From the human T2T-CHM13v2.0 reference genome, Homo sapiens, in NCBI RefSeq assembly GCF_009914755.1, contig NC_060947.1: DNA of 64,000 nucleotides, one strand, 5' to 3'. A program made the translations under genes and the position numbers. The notes under the pieces were generated by a model. That model searched no databases. It saw only the letters and a list, made by a program, of their open reading frames with translations, and was not told where the DNA came from. Each line of letters begins with the position of its first letter. Within the stretch, counting starts at the first letter, position 1. This document shows positions 63,408 to 64,000 of this stretch, piece after piece.

Positions 63408-64000
63408 GGGAGGAGGAGCCAAGATGGCCGAATAGGAACAGCTCCAGTCTACAGCTCCCAGCGTGAGCAATGCAGAAGACAGGTGATTTCTGCATTTCCA
63501 TCTGAGGTACCGGGTTCATCTCACTAGGGAGTGCCAGACAGTGGGCGCAGGCCAGTGGGTGCGCGCACCGGGCGCGAGCCGAAGCAGGGCGAGGCATTAC
63601 CTCACCTGGGAAGCGCAAGGGGTCAGGGAGTTCCCTTTCCCAGTCAAAGAAAGGGGTGACGGACGCACCTGGAAAATCGGGTCACTCCCACCCGAATATT
63701 GCGCTTTTCAGACCGGCTTAAAAAACGGCACACCACGAGACTATATCCCACACCTGGCTCGGAGGGTCCTACGCCCACGGAATCTCGCTGATTGCTAGCA
63801 CAGCAGTCTGAGATCGAACTGCAAGGCGGCAGCGAGGCTGGGGGAGGGGCGCCCGCCATTGCCCAGGCTTGCTTAGGTAAACAAAGCAGCCCGGAAGCTG
63901 GAACTGGGTGGAGCCCACCACAGCTCAAGGAGGCCTGCCTGCCTCTGTAGGCTCCACCTCTGGGGGCAGGGCACAGACAAACAAAAAGACAGCAGTAACC
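63408..64000 (+). mobile_element. Young L1 (L1HS/L1PA2-like) 5'UTR with intact 5' end; continues beyond the window
   Basis: Begins GGGAGGAGGAGCCAAGATGGCCGAATAGGAACAGCTCC; YY1 site AAGATGGCC at 63421-63429; many CpGs retained. Confidence 0.97.
63644..63859 (-). CDS. LINE-1 antisense ORF0, intact 71 aa (MAGAPPPASLPPCSSISDCC...RCVRHPFL)
   Basis: GCAATGG Kozak context at 63859; 72 codons including stop; matches primate L1 ORF0; expression from this copy unknown. Confidence 0.7.
   Translation of the reverse strand: MAGAPPPASLPPCSSISDCCASNQRDSVGVGPSEPGVGYSLVVCRFLSRSEKRNIRVGVTRFSRCVRHPFL

Overview
Primate, almost certainly human, genomic DNA: Alu-dense, with L1, L2, MIR, MaLR/ERV1 LTRs and hAT elements. 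It holds the 5' end of a minus-strand gene that I recognise as ADGRG2 (GPR64/HE6, X-linked adhesion GPCR). A CpG-island first exon (donor at 43182) joined to a 45-nt exon (3486-3442) gives ...GAGGACGCGAGCGGCAG|GTGTGCACAGAGGTTCTCCACTTTGTTTTCTGAACTCGCGGTCAG, which matches my memory of the ADGRG2 5'UTR. The start codon is in the next exon, left of the window, so no host protein-coding sequence lies here; most of the window is the ~39.7-kb intron 1 plus ~20 kb upstream. The long ORFs in the track are GC-rich or repeat artefacts, except an intact 71-aa LINE-1 ORF0. Best leads: (1) a young L1 with an intact 5' end whose antisense promoter faces ADGRG2 and whose ORF0 donor 2 is phase-compatible with the ADGRG2 reading frame; (2) an L1 insertion carrying two templated copies (one inverted, one direct) of DNA ~3.2-3.8 kb away; (3) an intronic MER41B LTR with an intact GAS site overlapping a perfect NF-kB palindrome; (4) a 41-bp fold-back Alu hairpin; (5) candidate alternative 5' exons and an overlapping uORF. 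These are testable regulatory or evolutionary hypotheses, not a demonstrated new system. Repeat boundaries and subfamilies were read by eye and are approximate.
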